Assembly (NCBI GenBank): GCA_951406725.2
Contig: OX597820.1
Coordinates: 93,496,001-93,560,000 of the forward strand
Reading direction: 5' to 3'
Origin: Octopus vulgaris
Taxonomy: Eukaryota
Length of the DNA stretch: 64,000 nucleotides
How positions within the stretch are numbered: position 1 is the first letter of the stretch; every line of letters begins with the position of its first letter. A model generated the notes under the pieces. That model saw only the letters and a list, made by a program, of their open reading frames with translations, was not told the DNA's origin and did no database searches. This document shows, piece by piece, positions 1-12,396 of the stretch. A program made the position numbers and the translations under genes.

Positions 1-186
1 TCAAACACGAGAAACTAATTTAATTACTGTCGCACGCCTTTACAGAAAACGACAATAAAGCAATATAGATACTCCGAAGGATATATAATTAATTAACTGC
101 ATTGTGAGTTGTAAGTAGCAGACCAAGGAGAGAATGTTTTCATATAACAATGTAAATAAACATACTATACATATTCTAATTCATAG

Positions 187-259
187 TTATTCATCATCTA
201 ATATATCATGGGCACTTGCACGAAGCACTCGGCCCTTCGTCCACTCCTGTAACTTTCTG
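187..259 (-). CDS. Candidate small ORF, exon B (RKLQEWTKGRVLRASAHDILDDE*)
   Basis: Acceptor ctttgttattttttaattag|cag. The phase matches exon A and the frame stays open for 73 nt to TAA. Locally GC-richer than its flanks. Confidence 0.55.
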
Positions 260-324
260 CTAATTAAAAAATAACAAAGTAAATATACTCATGGATTGAG
301 TTTTTCTATTCTACCAAACCTCAG

Positions 325-520
325 TGTGTGTGTGTGTGTGTGTGTGTAAGTTTCTTCGGTGTATGTATGTATGTATGTATGTACGGATAGATAGATAGAT
401 AGATAGATGATGATAGATAGATAGATATATAGACAGATAGATAGACAGACAGACAGAGAGATAGACAGAGAGATAGACAGACAGAGAGATAGATAGACAG
501 ACAGAGAGAGAGAGAGAGAG

Positions 521-583
<63 letters not shown>

Positions 584-672
584 CAGACAGAGAGGTAGAC
601 AGACAGAGAGATAGATAGATAGACAGACAGAGAGATAGACAGACAGATAGATAGATAGATAGATAGACAGAT
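325..672. repeat. Compound microsatellite (GT)n/(GTAT)n/(GATA/GACA/GA)n
   Basis: Directly visible. Confidence 0.95.
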
Positions 673-1013
673 ATCTTAATATAATTTGGATTAAAAAAGA
701 AAAGAACTAGATATTTTGAATCTCGAGGTCGTTCGTGTGAGGTTTTAGAAAATAGACAACTTCGAAAGTGAAACCAGGAATTAATTTTAAGGTTTTAAGA
801 GAATTAACCACTAGTTATTATGAACTTGGTAGATCTGGACAAAAAACGGTAGCAATAAAGGTGAATTGGACGAACGATGGGGAATTTTTCAAAAAACGAA
901 CTACGGCGATTCACTTAATAAAAATACTGTCACGACAAATTTAGACTGAAAGGAATTGAAAAAAAAAAAAATTAGTTTATATAATAATAATAATAAAAAA
1001 AAATGTAACTAAC

Positions 1014-1066
1014 CATAAAAAATGTTTACGCATATTTAGTGTCTGTGCTTTTGGTAACTTTTCCAT
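1014..1066 (-). CDS. Candidate small ORF, exon A (MEKLPKAQTLNMRKHFL-C)
   Basis: ATG in aacATGG context, 53 nt open, ending at donor TG|gttagt followed by T-rich intron-like sequence. Confidence 0.55.
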
Positions 1067-1405
1067 GTTAAAAATGATCTGTGAGAATATGGTGAGAAGC
1101 TTTTCGTTCGTGTATATTTGCGTTTCTGCGTGATTGCTTGTTTACAATTGTTGCTTTGACTGAAGAAAATGGTTGCGTAAAGAAACATTTAACAGGAGCA
1201 GCAGCAACAACAACAGCAGCAGCTTATCGACGAACCAACCTCTACACTAAACTATCCTACTGCTACTCCACATACCCTCTCTCTCTCCCTACGGATCACA
1301 CACGTCTATCTCTACTAAATAACGGCTATCATATCTACATCATCATCATCATCATTATTATCATGATCGTCATCATTGTCGTTATTATTATTAATATTAT
1401 TATTA

Positions 1406-1544
1406 TCGACTTTGCCTTTCATCCTTTCGGGGTTGATAAATTAAGCACCAGTTACGCATTGGGGTCGATGTAATCGACTTAACCCCTCTGTCTATCCTTG
1501 TTTGTCCCCTCGGTGTTTAGCCCCTTGTGGGTAGTAAAGAAATA
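1406..1544 (+). mobile_element. 5'-truncated SINE, family B
   Basis: tcgactttgcctttcatcctttcgggg...ccccttgtggg...aaagaaata matches the full copy at 43980-44215. Confidence 0.85.
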
Positions 1545-2904
1545 GTTATCATTATTATCATCATCGTCGTCATCATCATCATTACGATCCTTACCAACTT
1601 CGCTGCAAAAATCGTCGTCGTCGCCCCCCCCCCCCCCACGCACACACAAGTCAACGAGAGACATTTACGTTGCCTCTCGACTTAGCTGGCCATAACAGCC
1701 AAACCACCCTCAAACCATAAACTATCATCATAAAAAAAAAAAAAAACTGGAACGCCTTTGATCAAAGGACGGTTCAGTCAAGATTGACCTGGGGTTAAAT
1801 AACAGCGATATCAGCAGTTTCTGCGAATACCACCAACGCCACCACTGCCTCATGCTACCACTACCTTCGGTGCATCCACTGTTATAATTATCATTATCTC
1901 AATCAGCCTTTTAAAATACCAATACCACCACCACCACCATTTCTAGCTTTTACCATCGTCACATCCCCCTCCTATAACTGCTCCTCTCATCTCTGCACTT
2001 TACAACATCACCACATGTTAATATCATTACCAACCATAAACATTATCGCTATACCACCATCCCCCGCTTGCATTAACAAGCGTCACACATAGAGTGACTA
2101 TCACCTCTACTGCTTCTCCGCCTCGAGCTAGTTGGTTAGTTATCTCTCTTTCTCTAACTAGATATCTCTTTCTATACACACACATACATATTGTCACTTA
2201 CTACTAACGCTATTCTGCTACCACAGAATCTCCCTCTTTTATTCCGTTCTTTTTATTTTCACATGACCTCAGTCGAAGAGCAAGGGCAATTCCCAGGACC
2301 TTTCAGGGACCTCAAAAATGACAGGAAGAAATCGCGCCCCTACCATCGTATAAGAAGAAAATAAAACTAATAAAGCAAGGCTGCATTGGACAGCATTGTC
2401 CGTGGTACACAATGCATTAGAAGAAAAAAAATAATAAATGGTCAAGGCTAGAGTATTTGATCTGTTCAACAAGTCAAGGCTGTAATGAGATTGAATTAAA
2501 AAAAAAAAAAAACACTCTTGTCACTGTCATCAGGAGACAGTATACGATTGCCCGGTTTGCTAGAAATAGCAGCTAACTATACCGCAACTCATACCATTAA
2601 ATAATTAAAGGGAGGCACAACGGATAATATACAAAACACAGGATGGTCATATTAGAGAGCCTTCGATCAGATCATAGGTCAGCGCAATGAGGGCTTATCT
2701 GAGCTTAAACATCATCATCTTCAATATAGATAAGCCAGTATCACTAGTACGCTTTCACCACCATACCCCTCGTCATCACCGTCACTCATAATAGAAGTCT
2801 TCTATTATTATCAGCGCCATTTGCAGCTTTTCTTCTCACTTTTGTCTTATTGTTATTAAATATTTATTTTTCTTCTCGCTAATCAGTTTATCTACCCATC
2901 TATT

Positions 2905-2909
2905 TCTAT

Positions 2910-2998
<89 letters not shown>
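2905..2998. repeat. (TATC)n microsatellite
   Basis: Directly visible. Confidence 0.95.
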
Positions 2999-3293
2999 AT
3001 CTGTTTATCTGGTTGCTAACACAATTCATCTCATTGTACTTTTGTTGTACTTCTCAGCCTCTTCCTCCACCTTTTTTCTTCCCAGTCACGTCTACCTAAA
3101 AACTATATATATATTTTTTTTATAAATACACTAATTCTCTCCTCCTGCTCGTCATTGTTCTTCTATCATTCAACACAAGACATACAACGTAGTCTTTCGA
3201 CTCGCTAGAAACGCGCTATTTTATTCACATTGCAGAGATCTTTTTTCTCGTGGTGGTGGGGTATTTCACGAAAGTGAAAGTTGTAAATTAAAG

Positions 3294-3295
<2 letters not shown>

Positions 3296-3387
<92 letters not shown>
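3296..3387. repeat. (CT)n(AT)n microsatellite
   Basis: Directly visible. Confidence 0.95.
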
Positions 3388-3389
<2 letters not shown>

Positions 3390-3813
3390 CTTTCGCGCTC
3401 TCTCTCTCGCTCGCTCTCTGAACACTACATTTTTCTGAAAATTGTCGGGAGAAAATTTGAAAAACTTTAAGTTTGAAAGAAATGTAACAAGAATCACACA
3501 CACACACGTTATATAGAGAAATTGTATATAGCAAGGCGCAGGCGTGGTTCTGTGGTAAGAAGCTTGTTTCCCAACTACATGATTCTGGGTTCATTTCCAG
3601 TGCATGGTACCTTGGGCAAGTGCCTTCTATAGCTTTGGGTTGATCAAAGCCTTGTAAGTGGATTTGGTTGAAGGATTGGCTACCCCAATTGAAAAGGCCC
3701 AATCGTCCCCTTTTTGCATATGCGTCACCTACGTGCCCTTCCTCTTCTAGTTAGCTCCCCAGTTGCTGACGTCATCTCATACGCCACCTTAATCTTAAAG
3801 ATCACATCCCCCC

Positions 3814-4590
3814 CTACTCCACTTCGAAGTCCACAATCCAACCGGGAGGGCACCTTGTGCGTCGAGATTTTCTCAAGCTTGGAACCTCGTTCTCCTCCCC
3901 TCCACAAACGTCATCTGACGAAGCGACAATCCTGTAAAGGTCCAAACATGTCGTGGCATTCCATCCACAGAGACGTTGTTTCTGGAATTGACTGCCATCA
4001 CCGTTCCTCTGCTCCATTGAGACGTGCAGCACACCTTCGGTGGCTTAACCCAGACTTCCTCCCCTATGTTCCCACAGGCGGGTTCCTTCTCTTCCTTGTG
4101 ACACTCCAACGCTTTACTGGTATGCCTCCTTTCATATTTAAATACTGCTCTGTGTGGCACAGATTCTTCAGCTTGTCCAGATCGGGAGATATGTTATACC
4201 AGAAAACTGCTTCCAGCAGTGAAATGTGCCCTCTTTCTGCTATGGCCTTGACTGTCCAATGGTGCCTCTCTACGACTCCGTTACTTCTCACCCTATATGC
4301 TGCTCTGAACAAGCAACACACTTTCCACCGGTCGAGCATATCCCTCAATGCTTCCCAATGAAATGCTGCCCCATTGTCCATTAGCAGTTCTTCTATGGGA
4401 CCCCTCTCTAAAAATATCCTGTTCAAAATCTGCACAATCTCATCACCAATGCCCATCCTCAACTCCCTCCAAATGGCTATTCGGCCCAGCCCACAGTCGT
4501 TCATGGAGAGATATGTTCCCTGATGGTGGTGCATCACATCCACAGCTAGTCTCTTCCAGTTGTGCTCCACCGAAAGGTTCGCAGCACCAT
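3814..4590 (-). pseudogene. Retroviral-type integrase core and C-terminus, frameshifted
   Basis: WKRLAVD...LLMDNG...SNGVVER gives the D-D-E triad. The C-terminal LRKSRRTRCPP lies directly before the polypurine tract. Confidence 0.9.
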
Positions 4591-4617
4591 CTTTTTGCCC
4601 CCGGGCAATTACTGCAG

Positions 4618-5037
4618 TCAAATCCCTACGTCGTCAGGGAACCCACTTACGAACGCCAGTCGCATTGCTCTGTCCAGGTCTTCTCCTGTAAACCCAGCTA
4701 GTGTGGCCAGTCTACACACCTCCGCCACGTATTCATCCACCTGCTCTCCTGTCCATATAATCATTCCAAGCTTAACAAAGGCTGTATACTCACACTCAGT
4801 GTAAGCCTCTCTCAGACGTTGCTCAATCTTCTCCTCACTCAGTCGTTCTTCTTCATCCATCTCGAGATATAGAGTCAATGTGCTCCCTTCCAAATATAGT
4901 GTCATAAGGCTCGCCACGTTGCTAATGCCTTGCAATCTTACCACAAGCCTGATTTTACACATCCAGGCTACTACATCGCCCTCACCATTAAAGGGCCTGA
5001 TAACATCGCTGGCGATCCTAATTTTAGCTGCCATCAT
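4618..5037 (-). pseudogene. Retrotransposon gag N-terminal part
   Basis: IRPFNGEGDVVAW...LYLEG...WTGEQVDEYVAEVCRLA...AFVSGFP is gag-like. Premature stops follow. Confidence 0.75.
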
Positions 5038-6819
5038 GGAGATATCTTATGTGGAGTGCCAAAATAGCTTGTGGTGCATGCAGGAGATTAGCAGTAAGAT
5101 ACCTTACCTTCTCTTCATCGACGCAAACCTCTCCGGTGGTACCGCACCCTTCCACGTGGCCTGACCCGAATGCTAAAAATAGCAGCTGTTGTCCCTCACC
5201 TTGTCGAAGAGCTCACACATCCAACACTCTCGACTATCCCGATCGAAAAGGCCCAATCATCCCTTGCCTGCGTGCACGTCACCTACGCGCCCTTCCTCTT
5301 CTGGTCAGCTCCCAAGTCATCCTACAATAACCAGTGTTATGTTTCCATTCCCTGTAACATAGCAGTTCAGCAAAAAAGACTGATAGAGTAAGTATCAGGC
5401 TTAAAAAAGTAAAAAGTACTGAGGTCAATTCATTCGATTACAAATTCTTCAAATCTGTGCCCTAGCATGGCCAGTCTAATGACAGAAACTTCACTGGAAA
5501 TTGTTATTGGCTTGTGTATCAAGAAAGTTTACTGAAACACTTGATATTTCTCAGTCTTTCAATCTCCAAGTGATTGTCACAAATACACAACTATCATCAT
5601 CATCATCATTTAGTGTCTACTTTCCATGCTGGCATGGGTCAGATGGTTTGACTGAAACTGGTAAGCTAGAAAGTTGCACCTAGATCTAATCTGGTTTGGC
5701 ATGGTTGGATGCCCTTCCTAACACCAACCACTCTAAGAGTGAAATGGTTGCTTTATATGTGCCAGTTACATGACATCGGCATGATAATATATATATATAT
5801 ATATATATTATGACCTTCGTGCAGTTTCCATCTGCCAAATCCACTCACAAGGCTTTGATTGGCCCAAGGCTATAGTACAAGACAATTGCTCAAGATGCCA
5901 CACAGTGGGGCTGAAATAGCAGCCAGTTTTCTTCAACTCCCACCCTGCTGCTCAGTTCTCAGCATTTTGTTACTGTGACCCATTTTAACATTCCTGTAAT
6001 CCTTTGTGGCCCTTTTTTTTTCAAAACATTTCTAAGGGACACACTTAACATTTGTTATATTTCTTCAGGGAAATGTTCCTCAAATTTTGTTTGCAGCAAA
6101 TATTATGGTCTCACCATTGTCTATGGTTTATTGTATAACATATTTTTGAATGCAATTGTACATTGCAGAAGTCATCAGTCATTTTAAATTAAAAGCACAT
6201 GTTAATTAAATAAATAATTAATTATTGCACTTGCAGCAATGTAGTTAAAATGTTCGCTTCCCAATCACATGGTAACAGGTTCAGTCTCACTGGGTGTCAC
6301 CTTGGACAAATGTCTTTTTGTCTTGATGCCACATGCTAATTGTAAACAAACCTCCCTGTCATACATGGTGTGTTGTTCATTTGGAATCTTCAGTGAAAAC
6401 AAGTCCCACTATTGTGCTGTTTCTGTACAAAGGACTAGAGAAAATATTACTTTGCTTATAAACAGGTGAGAGTTGGTGACAGAAAGAGCATTCAACTGTA
6501 GGAAATCTCTTTTACCCATTTACTGGGGAAATCAAATATATCCTCTCAAAATTCAATTACCCTTAATTGCAGGAGGCAATTTTTATTTTGTACTGTCCCA
6601 TCTTTTGTTGAATATCATGTTTAAAACTATATTTTTTGCTGTGATATGTTAAGTTTACTGAGGCAATGTGATCTGCTGAAAATACTAATTCTATTTTTTT
6701 TTTTGTGCTAGATATTTAATATAATCACTGGAATAACTATGAAATTCTATCTTGCATTTAAAGGATTAAATAAATTTTGTCTGACTGAAGCAAGAATAGA
6801 GAAGTGGGTTTTAAAATCA

Positions 6820-7100
6820 GTGGTGGTGGTGGTGATGGCGGTTGTGGCAGTGGTGGTGGTGGTGGTGGCGGCTGTGGCAGTGGTGGTGGTGGTGGTGGTG
6901 GTGGTGATTTTGGTGGTGGTGGTGGTGGTGGTGGCAATGGTGGTGGTGGTGGTTGTGGTGGCGGCGGTGGTGGCAGTGATGATGACAACAACGACAGTGA
7001 CAACGGCAACGAGGACAGCAGCAATGACGAAGGTGGTGATGATGACAGTGGCAACTACGACAGCAGCAACAACAACAACAGCAGCAACAATGACAACGCC
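6820..7100. repeat. Degenerate trinucleotide repeat (GGT/GGC)n grading into (GAC/AAC/AGC)n
   Basis: Directly visible. It accounts for four overlapping low-complexity ORFs. Confidence 0.9.
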
Positions 7101-7289
7101 AACAATCTGTCAGACTTTCAAAACACACACGAAATCCAAATATTTGCTATCACCTTTCATTTTATCAAATGTCTAAAAAGTAAAAACTGTTTTTTTTTTC
7201 TTTTAATTCTAACTTAGACAGTGACCCATATATTAGGAACAGCTGCATGGCAAAGGAATGATGCTTTGTATAATGTAGCCCTAAATATA

Positions 7290-7750
7290 ATAATAATAAT
7301 AATAATAATAATTGTGTACAGTGCTCAGGTGCACTACAACTCATCTAAAGTGTATATATAATCAGGTGTAGTTTCGGCGGATTTCGGAAAGCATGAGGGC
7401 CTTAAAGGATGCAGTGTCATGGCAGTCAACAACTGATGCAGGCAGTTTATTCCATGCTTCAGCAACTCTGAGCGTGAAAAAATGTTTCCGAAAGTCATGG
7501 GAGCTGTGTTGTTTTCTGACTTTGTAGGCATGTCCACGTGTGTTAGACACATGGAGATCAAAAAGGTGTTCAGTGTTATTGTTGGTGAGGTGGTTGATAA
7601 CTTTGTGGGTGTTTACCAAGTCCGTCGCCAGACGCCGGAGCTTCAGTTTAATCCATGCTCAGGGAAACAAGGCGCTCAGAATATGGTAGGTGTCCGATGG
7701 AGGGTATGCGTTTGGTTGCACGTCTCTGGACAGATTCCAGGAGGTCAATG
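7290..7750 (-). mobile_element. 5'-truncated CR1/L2-group LINE copy
   Basis: Reverse complement of about 22843-23300, including TRGHAYKVRK...WNKLP and the (TTA)n tail. Confidence 0.95.
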
Positions 7751-9248
7751 ATATACTCAATGATAGGCTGGATTGCAATCAATTCCAGTTCTGGTCATAT
7801 ATCTGCTCAGTCAGTGCCAACTTAGGATAAACTAAATCGTCATCATCATCATTTAACGTCTATTTTCCATGCTGGTATGGGTTGGACGGTTTGACTGAAA
7901 ACTTGTAAGCTGGGGAGCTGCACCAGGTTCCAATCTGATTGTGATGCCCTTCCTAATGTGAACCACTCCAAGAGTGTTGTGAGTGCTTTTCACATGCTTT
8001 TTAGACATTGCCAGGGCACTGGCATCAGCCACAACTACGATCTCACTTGGCTTGACAGATCTACACAAGCACAGTATATCGCCAAAGGTCTTGGTCATCT
8101 GTCACTGCCTCCATGAGGCCCAAAGCTTGATATGTATATATATATATGTATATATATGTATAAAGTTCACTGTGTTTGTATACTCTATGCACAGCCGAAC
8201 AGTTTGATTAATCTGTACCAAATTTGGCATGAAGGTTTTTCAATACTCAGAGAAGGTTCTGGCAAGGTCAAACTTTGGCCTTTGCCCATACAGGGGGCTG
8301 TAGCACCCCTTCCACAACCCTTCTATTTTTTTTTCAGATTCTTATGTTTTCAATGATGAAGATTCTGAATATGCAAAAAACCATTTTAAATTCAGCTCCA
8401 CCTCTCAAATTTTAAATTTTAAAGTTTTTCGCAAATTTTTTTCAATCTACATGGAAAAATACGGAGATTAAGAATATGGAAAAACGAAATTTTAATTTCA
8501 AATTGTCTATGAAGAACTCCAAAATTGATCCATACACCCCTCACCACCCCATCCCATTGTCTAAAACTGAAAATGAACAGCTAAAAATATTAGCTAAATA
8601 TCTGGAAAATTTCTGTGTTTGTGTGTGCGCGTATACAACAATTTCTACAACTTATGCGAATGAACAGAGAAAGTAAACAGAAATATGTTTCACATACCTG
8701 TCATATTATTCGGTTTTGTTTTTTCGCTTTAAAGGTAAACGATTCTGATAGAAGCAAACACGATGTTGAATAATTTTCTGTCATACATCTACAACTCTAC
8801 CTCTTTTTTTTTGAAGTAAAGATAAATGCTTTTTAATTGTGATAATAAAACAACAGGTTTAGTCCTTACCACCAAAATTAATTTCTCTTGCAAAAGAGAG
8901 GGTGGCATTTTCTCTCTTTTTCAATATTTGATAAGAGGAGAAAATATGTTGTTACCAAAAACGTTAAAACTTTACTAACTTGATCGATCTGTCGTTGAAC
9001 CAGAATTTTAATTTCATTTGATACACACTTTGCTATCATTTATATGGAGAAATGCAAACATGGCATATAAAGATAACTTATTTTAATAGAATTTTTATGA
9101 GTACATTTCCATAAATGTTTTTCTTATGTACTAACCCCCCCACCACACACACACACACACACACCTACACATTTATGCACATGGCTACACATGAACAAAG
9201 TACCATTTTGGAAGTTTTTATTATTTTAGAATGAAGAACACAAACATA

Positions 9249-9640
9249 GGCGCAGGAGTGGCTGTGTGGTAAGTAGCTTGCTAACCAACCACATGGTTCC
9301 GGGTTCAGTCCCACTGCGTGGCATCTTGGGCAAGTGTCTTCTGCTATAGCCCCGGGCCGACCAATGCCTTGTGAGTGGATTTGGTAGACGGAAACTGAAA
9401 GAAGCCTGTCGTATATATGTATATATATATGTATGCGTGTGTGTGTGTTTGTGTTTGTCCCCCTAGCATTGCTTGACCACCGATGCTGGTGTGTTTACGT
9501 CCCCGTCACTTAGCGGTTCGGCAAAAGAGACCGATAGAATAAGTACTGGGCTTACAAAGAATAAGTCCCGGGGTCGATTTGCTTGACTAAAGGTGGTGCT
9601 CCAGCATGGCCGTAGTCAAATGACTGAAACAAGTAAAGAG
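9249..9640 (+). mobile_element. Full-length young tRNA-derived SINE, family A
   Basis: tRNA-like head (gtggctgtgtggtaag...gggttcagtccc), central cttgggcaagt, internal (TA)/(TG) microsatellite, 3' hairpin cagtcaaatgactg-like and aagagt tail. Near-identical copies occur elsewhere in the window. Confidence 0.9.
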
Positions 9641-10349
9641 TATAGGTTATGAGCCAGTGACTAAACTTGTAGTATTTTGTTGAGATTAATCCAATGACTT
9701 GACAGCAAGGTATGTAAGAAGTACTTTTCTGAAACAAAATTTCTGTGTATGGTTCTATCACACACTCATTCACACCAACACTTTCACAAAAAAGGTTGGT
9801 TACTGATAAACATAATTATGACTGGATAAAAGTTTGTTAAGTATTTACAATAACACCATATTCACTGAATACTAACCCTAACTATAACCCTAAACCATAA
9901 ATTTGTTTACAGTAGGACTGGTACTAAGCCACTGCCACCCCTGTGGTTACAGGGGACCTCCGTGAAGAACTTGAATTACTATAATGTAAAATTTAAAATT
10001 TGATGTTGTACACAACTTAAGTAATTTTCAGAAGAAAAAGAAACAGTAAGGTTTCTAAATAACAAACAGTCTTCATACAGATGCCCGCCCAGTGGAAACT
10101 CTTATATTGCTTTGGGTTGATTTAGACTCTTTTTCACTTTCCTTCCAGTTCAGAAATATTGCAGAAAGGAAACAGAGCCAAATATATTGTATCATTTACA
10201 TTTGTTTATTAAAATCCCAGATTGGACCAAATGTGGCTATATATTATATGCATAGTGACAGTTGTCTTACGTGTGCAATGCATATAAAAAGAACTCCTTG
10301 AGATCTTTAATCTTCCTCATTACAAACAATGCCAAAGAAAGAAAGAAAA

Positions 10350-10542
10350 TTTCTTCTTTTTTTTTTCTATATTAGTCAGTCATTCTGCTTGGGTGCTCAA
10401 GCTAGTAGGTTCATCATCATCATCATCATCATCATTTATGGAAAACGGATGCTAAATGATGATGATGATGATGATGATGATGAACCTACTAGCTTGAGCA
10501 CCCAAGCAGAATGACTGACTTATATAGAAAAAAAGAAGAAAA
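10350..10542. repeat. Near-perfect inverted repeat (about 90-bp arms, 14-nt loop)
   Basis: 10374-10438 is the reverse complement of 10453-10520 apart from one extra ATG triplet. Confidence 0.95.
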
Positions 10543-11992
10543 CAAATGAAAAACAAACATGTAGCACAGAGTTTTGTCGGTGAACAGGTTGCGGTCTCAA
10601 AGTAAGGAAAATATTTTGACAAATTAAATTTAAATGAATCTAATGGTTTTTTGTGTGTTTCTTAAATGGCTTATAAATACCTTCCATGCTGCAATTGTTT
10701 TCGTTCCAGCACAATCTCAGATCAGGTCACTTGCTATGCAAGTACATCTCTGTAAAATGAAAAACCCTAAAACCAATATATATATCAACCAACAACTTCA
10801 CAAGCTAGACATAGAATCATGTCAATGACCAGGTTGTAGTTTTTACAATGTAAATTTTTGACACCAAATAATAAACATTTAAGCTAAGTTAATAGTCATT
10901 CTATGTTTTTGAATGGCTGATATGTATCTTCCATGCTGCAATCATTTTAGTTTCAAAACATGATCTCAGATCAATTCCCTTGACTGGAAAGATAACCCTC
11001 TAAAATAAATAAAAAGTCCATTCTCAAAATTAATTATTTAATGACAAAAGATAGCTGTTAAAGAATTATCAACAAATAATGTTGTTAAGTTAAACTAATA
11101 CGGACATTGGTGTTGTGGTCAAGAAGTTTGACTGCATCCTCACAGTCTTCAGTTCAATCCTATTGTGTGACATCTTGGGTAAGTAAGTGCCTCCTGCTGC
11201 AGCCCAAGGTTGAGAGCAATGCCTTGTGAATGAATTTTGAAGCTGAGTAAAAGCGTGGTTGCCCTTGCATACAGACTCATCTCTTGCAACACTCTCCAGC
11301 TGAGCATCCCTAACCTTGTGGCCTCGCAAGTGCTGTGGTCACGTAAAAAGCACCCAGTACACTCTGTAAAATGGTTGGTGTTAGGAAGAGCATTCAGTCA
11401 AAGAAATCATGCCAAAACAGACATGAAGCCTGAACAGCCCTTCAGTAGGTCAGCTCCTGTCAAACCATCCAACCCATGCCAGCATGGTAAATGGACATTA
11501 AATGATGATGTTGATGATGATGAGAATCTGTATTGGTGTAGAAACATTGTGTATGTGTGTTTGTGTGTGTGTGCATGTGTGTTTCTACATGTATATATAT
11601 ATATATATATATATAACTGGTATCGTTTTAAGTCTTTGTTACTTATTGTTTTAGTATCTCAACATGCCCACAGTCCCATGACTAAAACAAATAGGAGAAT
11701 GAAATAATAAAAGAACTAGTCCATGCTGGTTGGAATCTATCTAAGTTATTTGTAGGAAAACAATTTCAAGAAAACATTTGTAAGAGTTCTTAAAAACTTG
11801 ATGCAATATCTCAACATTCAGTGAAAATGAAAATCTGACAGTTGTGCACTATACATCTGTACTCTAGGCATAACAGCCTGGAACTAACTTAGCCTACCAG
11901 TGCAAAAATTTTCGCACATGTGCAGGAGGTGTAGTGTCACCTCTCACCCAAAGAATTTTGCTCACACAGCATTAGTTTTGGCAGGAAGGTAT

Positions 11993-12396
11993 CCATCAGA
12001 CACCTACCATATTCTGAGCGCCTTGTTTCCCTGGGCATGGACTCACTGAAGCTCCGGCGTCTGGCGATGGACTTGGTAAACGCCCACAAAGTTGTCAACC
12101 ACCTCACCAATAACAACACTGAACACCTTTTTGATCTCCATGTGTCTAACACACGTGGACATGCCTACAAAGTCAGAAAACAACACAGCTCCCATGACTT
12201 TCGGAAACATTTCTTCACGCTCAGAGTTGCTGAAGCATGGAATAAACTGCCTGCGTCAGTTGTTGACTGCCATGACACTGCATCCTTTAAGGCCCTCATG
12301 CTTTCCGAAATCCGTCGAAACTACACCTGATTATATATGCACTTTAGATGAGTTGTAGTGCACCTGAGCACTGTACACAATGTTTATTATTATTAT
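11993..12396 (+). mobile_element. 5'-truncated CR1/L2-group LINE copy
   Basis: Matches about 22891-23290 with few substitutions and ends in a (TTA)n tail. Confidence 0.95.

Larger units (their letters stand above)
3676..5326 (-). mobile_element. Internally deleted Gypsy-like LTR retroelement (gag + integrase only), nested in a family A SINE
   Basis: About 80-bp diverged direct repeat at 3680-3762 and 5235-5316. Polypurine tract GGAGTAGGGGGGA precedes TGT at 3806. PBS-like TGGCACTCCAC near 5051-5061. SINE head at 3534-3675 and SINE tail at 5327-5490 flank the element. Confidence 0.85.

Noticed and set aside
3670-3680. LTR element and LINE seeming to break family A SINEs at nearly the same position
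   Set aside because: The LTR-side junction is a later deletion breakpoint (LTR truncated, SINE middle missing), so it is not evidence of shared targeting.
3205-3702. ORFs containing YIYI/RERE runs (also 58429-58809)
   Set aside because: Microsatellite and SINE read-through.
6739-7217. Poly-Gly, poly-Val, poly-Pro and poly-His ORFs in four frames
   Set aside because: By-product of a stop-free (GGT)n repeat. No splice context or domain.
9249-9320. tRNA gene (also near 48770 and 61815)
   Set aside because: A/B-box-like heads of SINEs with no complete cloverleaf.
9873-9896. Telomere-like TAACCC units
   Set aside because: Only two or three imperfect units.
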